Shown: in pieces, positions 27,901-40,840 of the stretch
Layout: the number at the start of each line of letters is the position of its first letter
Position numbering within the stretch: the stretch's first letter is position 1
From: Tubulanus polymorphus
Taxonomy: Eukaryota > Animalia > Nemertea
Length of the DNA: 64,000 bases
Direction: 5' to 3'
Assembly: GCF_964204645.1 (NCBI RefSeq)
Contig: NC_134025.1
Coordinates: 29,616,299-29,680,298, forward strand
Translations under genes and position numbers: made by a program
The notes under the pieces: generated by a model
Databases searched by the model: none
What the model saw: only the letters and a program-made list of their open reading frames with translations
Told to the model about the DNA's origin: nothing

Positions 27901-30900
27901 AATAACTGCCAGATTTTAGTCGATAATAACTCTTGATTAATATGATTGATGAATAGTTACGATGAAATCGACGACCGTCGAGGACACGTGAAGTATCGCA
28001 GTCCGGATTAGAAATATCGGCAGCCCGAAGCGAACATCAGTCCCAGCTGACTCGATCCATTATACAACCGTAAAACAAGTGTCGGTCAACTTCGATAATC
28101 CGCGCGTACCATCTATAACTACAGGGAATTTACAACTATGTTACATCTTATAATTAACTTCGATAATCTTATTACTCAACAACGCTACATCATATCTATA
28201 ACTAGTGCTATATATCCTCTGTCTCCCACTCCCTCCCACTCTCCCTCTCACTCTCTCCCACTCCCTCTCTCCCGCTCTCTCCAAATAAAATACGGTTGCT
28301 GAAAGTGAAAAGTTTCCATCGCAGAAATTCAATGATTTTACGAATGTACCTTGTTAAGATCGAGTGGTTCGAGGGCGTTCCTATCGCCTTGTTTATCGGG
28401 TTTCGTGGAAGACTTCTGCGAATCAGTTCCAGCATTTTCTGTATTCTCACTACAACGAAAATAAATTACACATCTCAAAACAAAACGATCAAAAATCCTA
28501 TCACGGGGACTAAAAGTTTCCTAGAAGAATCTCGATGTTAAATTAATTCCTTGAAACTTTCTTAACATCAAATGAGAATTTTAGGTCGAGTTGATGGATT
28601 TTTAAATACATTACTGCAGCATCTTTGAGTATGATTTATATGGAAATATCTCGTATTCAAAATTTCCGAGTCGTCGGATGCATTTTGCAGTTTGGAAATA
28701 AACAAGGGATCAAAGATAACCATCATCTGACTAATAGTACATTCAGCGAAGAAACCATAGAGTATGAGAAATGCGATCACTCACAAGATAAAGTTAATTT
28801 AACAACTTAATTATCAGCGGGAATTGTTAGAACGTACAAAACAAGACTCATCATTCCTTCACTAAAGAGAGGTACCGGTATTCAGAAGCTTTAGTTCATT
28901 AGTGTAACATAATTCAAAGCTTATTGAAAAACATAACAATGCTCTACACGAGTTTAGTATAAACCAGTTTGAATCGATGAGTTGATAATGTTGAATAGAT
29001 TTCACACGTTGATGAAGAGGAGACTTCCGGTGATTTAACGGATTTCTTCATTCTCTTATCTCGTAATCTCAACTATTAGCCGCGCCTTATAAAGCATATC
29101 TTCATCACGCTCTGCGTGAAATATGAGCTAATATTTCTGTGGAAGATAATAATCTTGACCCCTGCGAACATGCCTAAAGCCCGGCGTACAGATCCCATTG
29201 AGCTGCCCATCTTAAATAACAAACAAAGCGTGTAGGGAACACTAGTAATACCCGGGGACCCAAGGCTCGGAATTTGGACATAATTAAAAGAATGAAACTT
29301 AAATCTATACGGAATAGTCTCTCGGAAATCATGCTTAAAACGATAACTCAAACGAGGGATGGGGTGAACTGAAACGTGAATAACACTTCAACGCAGTACT
29401 TACAAAATACACTGATCACCGTATAGAAATCTGTTCAAAAAATATTCGTTAGCAAAAACAGAAATTGCCACATAAACAACAAATCTTGCCCATTCATTAA
29501 ATCATGGGACACACAATTTTGGTAGTGCATACCGGTAGGTCTATAAGCCTGACCCAAAAAATCTCGGAAGCAGCTGATTCAAGTTTAACAATACATTACC
29601 ATGCCTACAGATCAGGAACATATGGTCATATAGAAATATTGTTAAACATGATTTATTTCACAAAATGGAGGAATGATTTTTCCATCTGATAACACAAAAT
29701 TCAATTCAAAATCCGTTCAAAATTGTCAAATTCCCCGAGTCAACCCTAATTTTTCTAGACTTTTCCATGATTTCCAGGTCAGTGGCCACCCTGTATAAAC
29801 AAAATATTGCACTCAGGGCGTTCAAGAGGTTTCAAATGAAAACTTACACAGATATATCGACGTTTTGCGAGCCACGTTTTCTCGCTAACGCCGGTTTTAA
29901 ATCATTTTCTGATTTGTCTATTTCATCAGGAGGAGTTATAGGTCTAACGAGTGAACACTGTTTCTCGTCTGGTGGAGTAGAAGGAGGGGTACCCTCGTAT
30001 ACAGGTCGCGCCGGCGCCTGCCGCTTCTTTTTCGTATCGAACGTCGGTTTAATGATCCGCGAGAGGGTTTGTGATTTTCTCTGCGGTGGCGCTGCTTGAT
30101 GTTTCGGACTGGCTTGATTTGAATTCGGAGGTGTAGATAATCGCGCTAACGTCATCGGTTTCTGCGAGTTTTTCTTGAACAATCTCGACGTCGCCGCGGC
30201 CGCAGCAGATCTCTTGTCTCCTTCGTCGAACGACGTTTTAGGCGTGATTCGAGGTTGATGTTTTAATGGCGCCGGTGGTTCGCTGGCCGACCGTGATTTT
30301 TTCAACGCAACGTCGTCAGTCGAATTGTTGGCGTCGTTTTCGGGAGAATCGTGTAATTCGAACGGACCGGTGTTATTTAAAAATGGATTCGTAGCATCGC
30401 TTTCCGTCACTTCAAAAGGAACCGAGCCGTTCATTTCATCTGAAATGAAAAAAAAAAAAATTTCCTGATTTCGCTGATCCATAAGAACCCTGTTTAACCC
30501 AGCAAATATGTAAGACATTGATGGAAACTATTTGATTTTACACGCGATATAGCAATCTCAACAAATTTCCCCGACTTTTCCTTCATTTTTAGCCTATTTT
30601 ATACAAAGTACCCTTACTATTTCCCTGACTTTTTAAGGAAAAAAAATGTCCTTGACTTTTCACCGATTTCTCTGATTTCCAGCCACCCTGTTTCAGTTAC
30701 CTGAACTATTTACCTAAGATTTAATTCATTCTTTGCTTCAATGATTTTGCCTATTTTTTTGTTCGATGTTGTAAACTCTTTTTTTTTTCACAGTGATCTC
30801 GACGATGACGACGACAAGTCGCGTCGAGTTTCATCATCCAAGCGTTATACAGTTTCCTGCACTTCATCAGAAATGTCGAAAAATAAAACTAAGGCTGGCA

Positions 30901-33900
30901 AAATACGGCGCACAAAGAGACGTAACAGCGGGGTGCGAGTAGTTCGTTAATTGACAACGATTGCGCGAGGAAACGGTAAAAAACTTCGAACGATCATTCG
31001 AGCTGTTAAACTTCCTGGATCGAAATCGATAAACCAGTTGGAGAACGCGGCCCCGTAATTGATGGAGGACGATACTTCTTTAACTGTTTTCAAACAAAGG
31101 TCTCGAAAAACGTCGAGAATATTTTTAACAACACTTTTCAAAAAACACTTCGAAGCTTCTGAAGTGAGTGACATGCTCGCGCATGAAATGATTAAGTCGT
31201 AACAAAGCAGACCAGACTACCGGACTACATAATTGTAGTAGTTCCTCCTCAGAATTTGTGTAATTTGACATCGAAAATAGTAGTTTCATTGAAATAATTC
31301 TGATTTTGGGAGTATTTTGATATTTTAGAAGTAGTTGAGCTCTTAGATAGAGTAGGTACTAATAGTAGTAGTTGTAGTCTGGTGTGAAGGTAATAAACTT
31401 GTTTAAACTGTTGTTAGCATCATTTCAACCGTAAACTGTTTCTCGCAGCTGAGAAGTAAATTTCCATTTATTTCTTTGGTTTGTAAAATGAATTTTATAG
31501 CGCGATAAACTGTTAAACTGATGATGTAATAGTAACGCGGGCAGATGCATTAAACCCATAAATATCACTCTATTAAACAAACATAATTCAAACGTTGAGT
31601 ACAAGGAAGAAAACTCTAGGAAACCTTATATTCATCATGTGTCATTCATTATTGATAAAAACTATCCCGATACAGTAGACTCCTTAGAGTCTTACTCCGT
31701 AGCGTTCACCGAGTTGACCAGACGAGACAATTACAAGGTTTACCAAAAATAGACAGTAATATTCTCGGATTTGGCTGGTAAAGAGGAAACTGCCGTATTG
31801 CCGGTTTAGTGCGAAGAATTACTGGGGCAAAAAGTGTCGAAGAGCAAGTTCTGTAAGATCGTTAATATAATTGTCATAAGGCGTGTTGTGAGTAAGAGTA
31901 AAACCCGGCAATCAGCGAGTAATTTATCAATTAATAAGAAATGATCAGAAATGACAGTTTCGACCATTAGGGTTCAGCTATAATTGTACTAAAGACACTT
32001 TTACCCGGTAAACCGCATTATTAAACAATCACCGAGCGTTGAACGAATTCGCGAAATTTCTACTCGCCGATAATTGTATAACGAATCCCGCGAGGTCTGA
32101 AAGCTACGTTAAGGGCCACAACGCGAGGCGGAAAGTAAATTCCGTAAATGGAAATAACAATGCGATTGTAATTTAGCTATTGTGAGCATTAAGTAGTTGA
32201 TAATAGACTAACCGATACCCCCTACCCAGTAGAACCCGATTCTAACTATACTCCAGCACCCGGCAGCACTTTTTTACATCTTCGGAGCCAACTAAAAACA
32301 TTTATTCCATTATAACCCAGATGTCTGGTGTAAAAAATGAAATTTGTCCGTGTGGTATTTTAGGAGACACGGTGGTGACACAGGCAACTATGCTACAGGC
32401 GTATTACAGATCTTATCCTGTTTATTTAAGTGTTTGCTACAAACTGGATTTATTACTATTTCGACGCAACCCATTTGTTCCAAAATGTGTACAAATCCTG
32501 TTTCCAGGGTCTGAATAATCCTTTTTTTAAGAAGGGTGACGCAGACCTTTTGTCAGTAAATACAGACAGACATATGGTTTATAATCATCGGTGCTCGAGG
32601 GTGACAAATAGGATACTACACTACCTTCCAGACAATATCAACATTCACTTTACTAATGGTGAAATAATTGGTGTCGATGCTTTTTTTTATTCGAGATATG
32701 ATTTAGATCTTTAGGTTCTAAAGGTCCTCAGGGTTTGGGTCTAAAAGGTACAGAGGGTTTAGACGAGAAATATCCGCGTATGATGATGACCAGAGAAATC
32801 CCACAATAACAAAGCCAAATTCTATATCAGAATGATTATATTTGAGGAGCGACGTTTCGGCTAACAACTGTTAACAACTCATCAGGCGTACCTAACAGTT
32901 GTTAGCCGAAACGTCGCTCCTCAAATACAATCATTCTGATATAGAATTTTTCGATCTTGGTTTCGTTATTGTGGGATTTCTCTTGACAGAGGGTTTAGGT
33001 TCGGGTAAGCTTGAGTATTTGAATCCCAATTTTTAAAATCATCACTTCTACACATGCCCGAACGAACTAATGATGACCTTCACAAACTACGGACAAATTT
33101 CATCCCTAAAATTTTGAGAAAAGTTTTTTTTAACCAATAGACCAATAGAATGAATACTCACTGTCGATATCTTCATCTTCATCATCTCTAGCGATTGAAG
33201 CGAGTTTCGCGGCGAGTTCCGAGAATTTCTCCGCTTCCTCAGCGTTGACTTCGACGTCGTCTTGATCGAAATCATCGATATTACCGATATCTGTATTACC
33301 TAAACTCATTAAACTCGCCACACTCTGCATATCTTCATCTCTACGAAAATAACAACTCATTTATCAACAAAGTAGATTTACAGCGTTAACAGATTTACAG
33401 GGGGCAATAGAAACGGCACCATTTTGTATGCCAGACCAGCTTCATACTTAATCAGAGACAAGAGGGTACGAGGTAAGTTTTATTTGGTGCCTGATGAGGG
33501 TTAAAGGCTTTGCTGATAATTGAAAAAGCTTGTAGAGTTTATAGTAGTATAAGAATTATCTAAAAACCCACAATAGTAGATTCATAAATCTAAATAGATC
33601 TAAATCCCAGAAATGTTCACTGTTTCTGTGAAGAAGGGATTTGGGTCAGAAAAATAAACTTGTAATATGATATTGCAATAACACAAATACAGTATTGATC
33701 TGACGCAAAATATATTCAGAAATTGTTAAAACATCTGAGATGATAGAAATCTATTTGACTTACGTTGCTTTTCCTTCTCTTATAAATACACAGCTCAATG
33801 TCAGACATATTGAAGCCGATACTACTTTCTTCGTGGCCGGTTTCATGTTAATTTTGAGATCTGTTTGAGTCGGAATCTGATGAGCAAACTGTTTCATATT

Positions 33901-36900
33901 GATCGCTTTACTCGCTAACACTTTCTTATGACCTTTTTTATCGACCTGGAAATAATCGCAATACAAATATTACTTTCCCTGAAAACATTACATAGTCGAA
34001 ATTCCCTAATTTTCCCTACACGCAAAATAAATCTGAAATTCCACTCCGTAAAAAGTTAACTGTACTAGGGGTTCGTGATACTTGGAGATTCTAGAATCTG
34101 AGGACTTTGAGCAGTTTTATCATGAAGAGATATTATCAAAATTCCAAATCTAATGAGATCCACATACGTGTAAACAAAATTATAGCGAGTTACTATATAT
34201 TTTTACTGACTGAACCAATTACTTCTTAAAACATTTCTTGGGACTTTCCAAAAACTTAAGGATTCCCAAGGAATCAAATGTAATTTCTCAAATTATGACG
34301 AAAAAATTAGTCGCTGGCAAATTTTTTCAAATTTTAGGAGTTATAAAGGAACGAACGACCAGGTTTCAGTTCCAGAATCAGCCACAGAATATTGCGATGG
34401 CAGCACTTTACAGTGACTAATAATTACATCTTCGATAACGAACGTCCATTCTTTATCTTCGAATTCGTCTTGTCTCGATTCGCGAAATAAAGTGACGGTT
34501 ATTTCGATGTTTTCGGGAACGGTCCATTCAACCGTGCCGCGATACGGATTCTGTAACGACGGTTGCCACAACTGCGCCTAAAAATAAATATTTACAAATA
34601 GAGCCATTAAAGAATGCACCGGTAACCATCACAGGGAGGGTTCAGTTCCCTAAACACGTAATGCTGAACGGGCATGGGGTAAGATGAGTTGAAAATCAGT
34701 GTAGAGTGGGCATACATTTTACATATTTAATCAAAAATCTCAATATTATAATCATCAACAATCAAGTCTGATTCCACTGTTTTAGCTCTAACGTTAAAAC
34801 TTTGAAAATGAACTAAAGAGAGGCTAATTGAACTCAGTGTATATAGGTCCAGAAGTCTCACAAGAATGCCTACAGGGCCGCGAATCAAGAGACTCGTTCA
34901 GAATTCCAGAGTTATGAGGTAAATATTCGAAGGAAGTTTGTCGTTTAGTAAAATGGAAGCAGTAGTGAGTGGCCGACATCTCTTTCATTTACAAATGGTT
35001 TTATTAACCTGCGTTCCTTTTCTTCTGCTTCTCCTCGTCCAAACAATGCTCAACTTATTCGGCTGCCTGAAAATATAAAACCATTCAAAGATATCAGAAT
35101 CGGAAACTTGTACAGTCCGTTCTAAATCCATTTAATACTTGTGACAGATGTCAAATACAAGACCATTTCGACAATTCAATCGATGACGATTGTCAAAAAG
35201 CTCTCATCAAAAAAGTCGTCCACACGTGGCGCATCGGCTTAGAAAAAATTACCGAGGTCTGTTTTATTATTCGAAGACAAATCGAGATAAGACTTAATGA
35301 ATTAGAATTAAAACGGTCATCATTAGGGATAGGTTTCATAAATACACAGCTTGCAAGTTGGAATAGGTCGGATTACGAGCACTTGTTGCATCGTTGTCGG
35401 TCATGTTTTAAACTTATAAGTACGTACATCATTAATCATAATTTACATTCATCCAAAAGTACGCGAAAACTCGACAAACATATTCATATAAAGATGATAT
35501 GTGACATTGATGAAGATGGCCACATGAAAACAGCTTGTGTTTGATAATCTTAAACGCCCACGGTTACCGAACAATAATAAAAACAGTTAAATGTTTGAAT
35601 AGAACGTCATAAAACATCAATGGTCGATTTTGACAGCGAGTAGAAACCTATTTATATTTAGCAGCCGTGGCGTTTTCGCGCGCGGCCACCCGTCCGGTCG
35701 ACATCTCCCTCTCTCTTTAATACGAAATGATCGTTTTATAAATTTCAAACCGGGGGATACGAACAACCTGTGCATCGTATAATACCGGCCAGGTGAAGCC
35801 ACCTGCATTTCACATTATCAAACGCGGAAACAAAGCCTATTTTACGGCAGTTCTATTCACAGTTCCGAACAGCTGACAACCTCATTAATACATTTACGGC
35901 TTCGGAATCTTTTAAATACTTATTGAAAATACATTTGTCTTCATTTTGTGTTCAAACTTTCGGCTTTCTTTGTAGAACTATAAACAACACATCTCTTAAT
36001 GACACAATTTTAACATGTGTTGTATATGATATTAGATGTAGCCACCGCAGCCCGACCGACGCAACTGTTTCAGCCCATATGGTACTAAGGATACTCGGGT
36101 AAAAAAATAGAGATGTAGAGCAAAATGAACGCGGTAGTTTAGAGAAATTCAACCAGATGGCAGCACCTCTAGTCCTCGATGACAATTTTTCATTATGACA
36201 ATTCTTTTATGTCTTTTCATGCGTTATCCATATTTCTTAAATACCGGAAAGATCTCTCCTGAATTGATTTTAATTGTTTTTGTTAACACAGGCAGGGGCA
36301 GGATTTAGCATAACGAAAATGAGTGAACACTGGTATTTAAAAAACAGAATTTCATCAAAAATATGGTACCGTGACCAGGTATAAACAAAGTTACATAAAA
36401 GGAAACTTTGAAAGAAGTATTCATTGAAGAGAAGTAGTCATTGAGGGACAGGTACACCATGCATCAGAGCAGACACACTGAGTCACCCTGATTCTACATT
36501 ACCATTTCATCTACTAGAGATGAGAGTACTACATTCAGAGCCATAACCATTTTACTCTGTAATTTATTGAAACCTTTCTTGATCAGATATCACTCTCTAG
36601 AAGTTGGAAAAGATTCAACTTCAGCCTAGTTTATTGTAGCAGTTCAGTGATTACACAGAACCCTGCAGTTTTCACAGTTTAGATTTTGACTTTATGGCCG
36701 AAACACAGCTATTGAACTGATTCCTGGATGAAAATTACTCGTGGTCATAGATTCAGGTATCATCTTCAAACGCATTTAATCATTTTTTAATTATTTTTCT
36801 CACCATTTTTTGGTCGTTTCTACCGTTAATTCGGTATAAGAAGCAGTAAACTGGAATTTTGAGGCTCGCTTTCCGACGCGCTGTAATCTTTTCCATACAC

Positions 36901-36904
36901 TCAT
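970..36904 (-). CDS. EHBP1: EH domain-binding protein 1 (NT-C2, NPF motifs, calponin-homology, bMERB); 3' end lies outside the window
   Basis: Phase-consistent GT-AG exons: 36804-36904 ([19 protein letters not shown]), 35009-35066, 34428-34577, 33764-33945, 33162-33340 (NT-C2: [36 protein letters not shown]; [12 protein letters not shown]), 29848-30439, 28350-28449, 23507-23673 and 21710-22291 (CH: [55 protein letters not shown]), 21163-21208, 20629-20688, (17623-17655), 17035-17199, 16435-16561, 13692-13840, 8744-8831, 8597-8664, 8385-8505, 6137-6233 ([18 protein letters not shown]), 970-1043 ([18 protein letters not shown]). NPF motifs at TNPFL and MNPFD. Confidence 0.95.
2610..2918 (+). 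mobile_element. tRNA-derived SINE with CORE-like centre, LINE-like 3' tail and (ATT)n end
   Basis: A box TGGCCGAGTGG, B box GGTTCGAACCC, GTGTCCTCGGGCAAGACACTT (CORE-like), CCACCCGGGAGTAAATGGGTACC, tail GTAAAGCGCTCAGAG..AGCGCTATATAAG followed by ATT repeats. Confidence 0.8.
6393..6590. mobile_element. Inverted pair of degenerate hammerhead-core motifs (Penelope-like pLTR remnant, family A)
   Basis: Minus strand 6393-6432: TATTC-CTGAAGA-T-GACT..AGTC-GAAAC-ATT. Plus strand 6551-6590: GAAGATGACTAT..ATAGTCGAAACGTT. Confidence 0.6.
7440..8220 (-). pseudogene. Possible highly degenerate LINE reverse-transcriptase fragment
   Basis: Broken minus-strand frames give [19 protein letters not shown] (resembling the KSPGPD motif) and [22 protein letters not shown] (resembling the pre-DFxKAFD segment). 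Many stops. Confidence 0.3.
9385..9619. repeat. About 85-bp imperfect direct repeat, 2 copies
   Basis: AACAGAG..ATTCCCC..TGAG.CACTA.TCCAAAAAGATGT..TTCAGGGT..AAAAAGCTGC.TAAACAGATTTCA at about 9385 and about 9536. Confidence 0.75.
11974..12204. repeat. Diverged tandem repeat, about 81-bp period, about 3 copies
   Basis: Recurring ATATCGCTCTCA..AGATTTT..AAAAGATCTGAC..GAGTCTACAGT. Confidence 0.65.
12995..13350. mobile_element. hAT-like MITE
   Basis: TIRs CAGGGTTCTCAC / GTGAGAACCCTG, with internal TCCCTGA subterminal repeats. Confidence 0.65.
13378..13665. mobile_element. piggyBac-like MITE
   Basis: TTAA|CCCTTTCAGTGC ... GCACTGAAAGGG|TTCA: 12-bp TIRs, TTAA target with one mismatch on the right. 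Confidence 0.75.
16614..16656. repeat. 10-bp minisatellite (ACACGATTAC) about x4
   Basis: Directly visible tandem copies. Confidence 0.9.
20961..21136. mobile_element. Tc1/pogo (Tigger-like) MITE
   Basis: TA|CAGTAAACCTTGCCTAACTCAGAC ... GTCTGAGTTAGACAAGGTTTAC inverted termini. Confidence 0.65.
23876..23948 (+). pseudogene. tRNA-derived relic (pseudo-tRNA or SINE head)
   Basis: A box TGGTCTAGCGG and B box GGTTCAAATCC at tRNA spacing, but acceptor and anticodon stems are poor. Confidence 0.5.
24997..25263. mobile_element. Non-autonomous DNA transposon (IS3EU-like termini) with internal 20-bp palindromic tandem array
   Basis: Perfect 23-bp TIRs TACGGAAGCCCCTAGGTGACATA / TATGTCACCTAGGGGCTTCCGTA. 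6-bp TSD ATAAAT at 24991-24996 and 25264-25269. About 9 copies of TTCGACTTATTAAGTCGAAA inside. Confidence 0.88.
27240..27271. mobile_element. 32-bp perfect palindrome with 7-bp TSD (P-element-like, TIR-only)
   Basis: GGCTAAT|CATGGACGTATAAACTAGTTTATACGTCCATG|GGCTAAT. Confidence 0.75.
27349..27620. mobile_element. Foldback insertion, Penelope-like inverted pLTR remnant
   Basis: Inverted arms of about 117 bp (27384-27500 and 27509-27625), 8-nt loop, 35-nt unpaired tail, and a 16-bp flanking direct repeat TATTAAGTTAAAAGAA (27333-27348, 27621-27636). Confidence 0.75.
27466..27507 (-). ncRNA. Minimal type I hammerhead ribozyme motif
   Basis: Minus strand reads ACAC-CTGACGA-T-GATCTC(TAGGGT)GAGATC-GAAAC-GTC^GTGT: stem I ACAC/GTGT, 6-bp stem II, intact CUGANGA/GAAA core, GUC cleavage triplet, loopless palindromic helix III (ACGT). 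Confidence 0.7.
32763..32985. mobile_element. Second foldback insertion with hammerhead core, Penelope-like inverted pLTR remnant
   Basis: Arms 32792-32873 and 32893-32983, 29-nt tail, 13-bp TSD ACAGAGGGTTTAG (32750-32762, 32986-32998). Minus strand reads GC-CTGATGA-GTTGTTAACAGTTGTTAGCC-GAAAC-GTC-GC. Confidence 0.72.
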
Positions 36905-36988
36905 CTTAAATCTGCATCTAAAACACAACAAATTCAAACATCTTTAATATTCCTCCAATACGTGGTGCTAGTGTCATCAAGGATTGAA

Positions 36989-37021
<33 letters not shown>

Positions 37022-37023
37022 TA
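36989..37023. repeat. (AAT)n microsatellite
   Basis: About 11 AAT units. Confidence 0.9.
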
Positions 37024-37394
37024 TACCGGTAATAGTCAGTTGTATTGCGCAGTTTTTCATGTAAAACTAAGTTCAAATGCAGATATGCAATCCTCCAGAA
37101 ATACGGTTGAATTGAGCACAAAACACTTTGATTTTAATGAAAGCAAGTGACATATTTAACACGGTACGTGAAGAGTCAACAGATCTATTCCAAAGTAAAG
37201 GAGCAACCAGTGAAAATTGGGGAGGTGAAATGTTGGCACAGATAGTTTTTTATGAAGATTAGGGTTGTGGGGCCGGGGCACTAATATATTTCTTACGTTC
37301 TCTAGTCAGTTAGGCTAAATAAAGATTCCATGAAAATCCCTGACTTGAAAATACATAAACAATGTTCTTGGTTTACTTTATTAAGAGTTAATGA

Positions 37395-37528
37395 GGTCAG
37401 ATCCATAGTCGAGACTTAGGAACAGAAGTGGTCTCAATCTTAAGACTGGACTATAGAACTGATTATAGGACTAAGATGGACTTACACCGGTTACCTCTAA
37501 GCCATGATGACTGTGGAAACAGCCCCGA
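37395..37528. mobile_element. Degenerate copy of the Harbinger-like MITE family seen at 40841-42051
   Basis: Shares ..TCTTAAGACTGG..CTATAG..CTAAGCCATGA..CTGTGGAAAC.GCCCC. Confidence 0.5.
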
Positions 37529-40500
37529 GTCTGAAGTCAGTCACCTGACTGCGGTTAGGTAACACAATTGGATATTTTCGAAAAACCTATCCGATTAGGC
37601 CTGATGATAATAGCTAAGCACCCACCACTGACGACAACTCATTGAAAATGCCTTCTAAATCAGTGGCCATGAAGTTGAAATATAGAGCGATGTCACAGTG
37701 TTGCATTAGATCCAGTTAACAATGGTTCTGCACATGTTCTGATTCACTAATTTACACAGCTCACAACTTATAAAATTCAAGGAAAGTGTGGAGAACAAGA
37801 AAATAGAGCGGACAGACAGAGCAGTATTCGAATCTGGGCCAGCATTATTGTGCAGAACACAATCTGTCAATTTGAGTGCACTACTTTGAATCTGCACACA
37901 CTACAGTACCGTCGTTCGAGACACTTTATTACATAATCTGGGCCTCTCTTGGTAGAGAAAAGAATATAATAAATGAGGGAAGGATAGTGGTCGATTGGTA
38001 TTCGTTGTTTTTTGAGATGCTGATACTGAGTGAGTCTCTGAGTCTGAGATAGAAACGTCGCGAAGAAACCGTATCGATTCATATGGAAGAGATACGGATG
38101 CTAGAAACATGAGATGGACCCACAGTAAAACACTTCACTGATCCCTCCATTTAATCAACCTCAATCATTGTATCTGATAATTACCACTATTCAAAATAAT
38201 GCGTAAATTGTATGACAGGATTTTGACAATCTAATGTGTATTTTATCAGCGAACTTCGAACCCGGAAACCATATTACATTTATCTCCATCTGGCGGCTGT
38301 GATGGGAACTAGGGCGGCTCCGAGAATAATCACGCATCAATAAATAGAAAGATATAGCAGCTGAGCGGCAGTCGCTGACCAATGGTCCGACATCTCGAAC
38401 ACAGGGATATGTGTATAGATCGAGTATCCCAGTAAAATTATCTCGTGTGGTAACTTGTACCCGATCATCCACTTTTGCATTTTGGAGAATCAGAAGTACT
38501 CAGATCGGAGCGCCAGGCCGCGAGTGCTACGGCAGTTGTTGGTCAGTCGGGTTTATCTTACCGGGTAGAAATTATGCAGCATTTCGGATGATAATGTGCT
38601 TCGTCTCTCAGTTTTTCAGGTCGTGTCTCGAGGGTCGATTCTGTTGTACGTCGTATCAGACAGTATTTCACCGACACATCCTCAGTCGGGCAGCGGCAAA
38701 TGAAAATAGTGAAAACTGAGAAATATATTTTGTTCAGAATACAATCAACATTATAAATAGACAGTGAAATAATATTCTTAAAGCCGTGTTCATTTTTGGG
38801 GATTTCAAAATGACTAGGGTCGGATCCAAGCAGGAATTGTCAACACTCCTGAATAAGTCAGTTATTTCCGAACGAAGCGCAAACGTTTTAATTCCACAAA
38901 ATATATTGATACGATGAGGCAGCTTTTTGGAATTGGATCGAATAAAATATTCATATATTCCACCCGTTCATTTATCCGTTAAAACTAGAGATTTCGAATG
39001 ACTAAATTATCAAATTCCTTGTCCAAGCTAAACTCACTCCCAGCGCTTTATAAAGACGACCGACACCTCTTCTTTGTTTTCGATACTTCGCCCGTGAATT
39101 ATGCTTAAACATGTTCGAGGTGATTTTTTCAAACTGTTTTAAGGTGCGTCCCCGCAGACAACTAAGGCTAGGATGGTAATACCCGTATCTCATGACGCAC
39201 ATGACCACCCTATCGAGTAAGTGATCATACACACGATACTCTCAGGCCCCAGAGTCCGCGGTTCAGTAAAGGAGCGTCCGATGCCCTGATGCTATCGTCC
39301 TCCCCGGGCGGCCTTTCGCCATCCCTGTCACCAGCATATTCACTTTAAGGGCTACCACCCCCTTACCACCACCACTCTTTTTCTACCCGTCGTCTCACAG
39401 CCCACAGAAGCAAGCTAACTCGGAAAAGGAAGAACTCTAATAAGAGTTATTTTGGATTTATACGCCGCGGTCAGATTCGGATTTGGATCCGAGCACAGCG
39501 AATTTAATGAGACCATTTTGTCACTGCCGTCGCCGATTCAGAATAATTACCCAAAGCATAAGATAGAAAATTGAACCAGCGAAATTAAGAATTTTGAAAT
39601 CTACGAATGAAATATATGGATTCTATCTATCCAACGAAAACCAAATTATTTTATACCTCGTGATTGAGCAAATGAATTTTGAATTTTGCCAGTTATGAAT
39701 AAATTAGAAAAAGGTTGAAAATATTGAGCCATTTGACAACCACACGCTCAATGTATTTACTTGGATTTCACTCAAAACGAATATAAGTCCTCATCAGCAA
39801 CAAGTTCTTTTAGTTACAGCATATTTTTGCAACCAACGAAATGAAAATATTTCTAAAGTATGGCGACTTATTCGACCTGTTGTCGATACCACATTTACAG
39901 CGTTTATTCACTCGGCATTTTATCGCAACGATTCAAGCCAAAAAAAAACTGTGATACGAATACAGTTACTTTCATCAACAATTTCAAAAGTTAAGTACAG
40001 GGTCTGTCGCTTATGGACTACGATCATCAAAATCGGGTTCGACATTATCAAAGCTTTTTCATATTCGGTGCATAATCACAGAGTTGTATCTCTGATTTTC
40101 TACATAAACGGAATGTGCACAGAACGTCATCAAAGATTTGAAAACCGCGCATCAACGCACTGACACGTAATCAAAATATTTATCTTCCTTTAATCAACGG
40201 GCCTGGAAAATAACGATAGTACATCTGTCTAAGTAAAATTCACTAGTATCCTTCTGAAATTCGATACTATGTACCAAAGCCGCAATATTTCAAGAATAAG
40301 TGCATATCAAAATGTACTGACATATGCGCATTCGATCGAAATATTTGTATAAATCAGCGCCAAATCGAATCCAAGAGGAATTCAATACGCACACTTACAT
40401 TAAACGGAGATAAGATTTATATGTTTTAATTACCTCTGTAGAATTTTATTCCGTTCGTCTGGGGCCGCTTCTCTCCGCCCGGAAAGGAAGTTAAAATCAA

Positions 40501-40840
40501 ACTTTGGGCGATTCTAATTCAAGTGCATGTTGGTCTAGCACTGTGGATCTAACACCCCAGAAAGATATAACGTTTATGAACTAAACCGTTATATTCAAAC
40601 ATATCTAACACCCGAATCGTGGTCAATGGTTCGTCGCTGATCCAAACCACTCGGACAATGCCGTCTGAATTGGACCAGTAGTTCTCGTCTAGTCATGATT
40701 CAGTCACCTCCGTCATTTGATATTACTCTCCTAAAGCTAAAAGTAAAAAATGTCCCGGCATCTTAAATGAGCGACAGTAAACAGTAAACTCAGTCGGATT
40801 AATGGAAGTTCGGTAAAACTGAAGAAAAATTTAAAGCCCG

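Noticed and set aside
36918-37150. Poly-Tyr and poly-Asn ORFs
   Set aside because: They are produced by the (AAT)n microsatellite.
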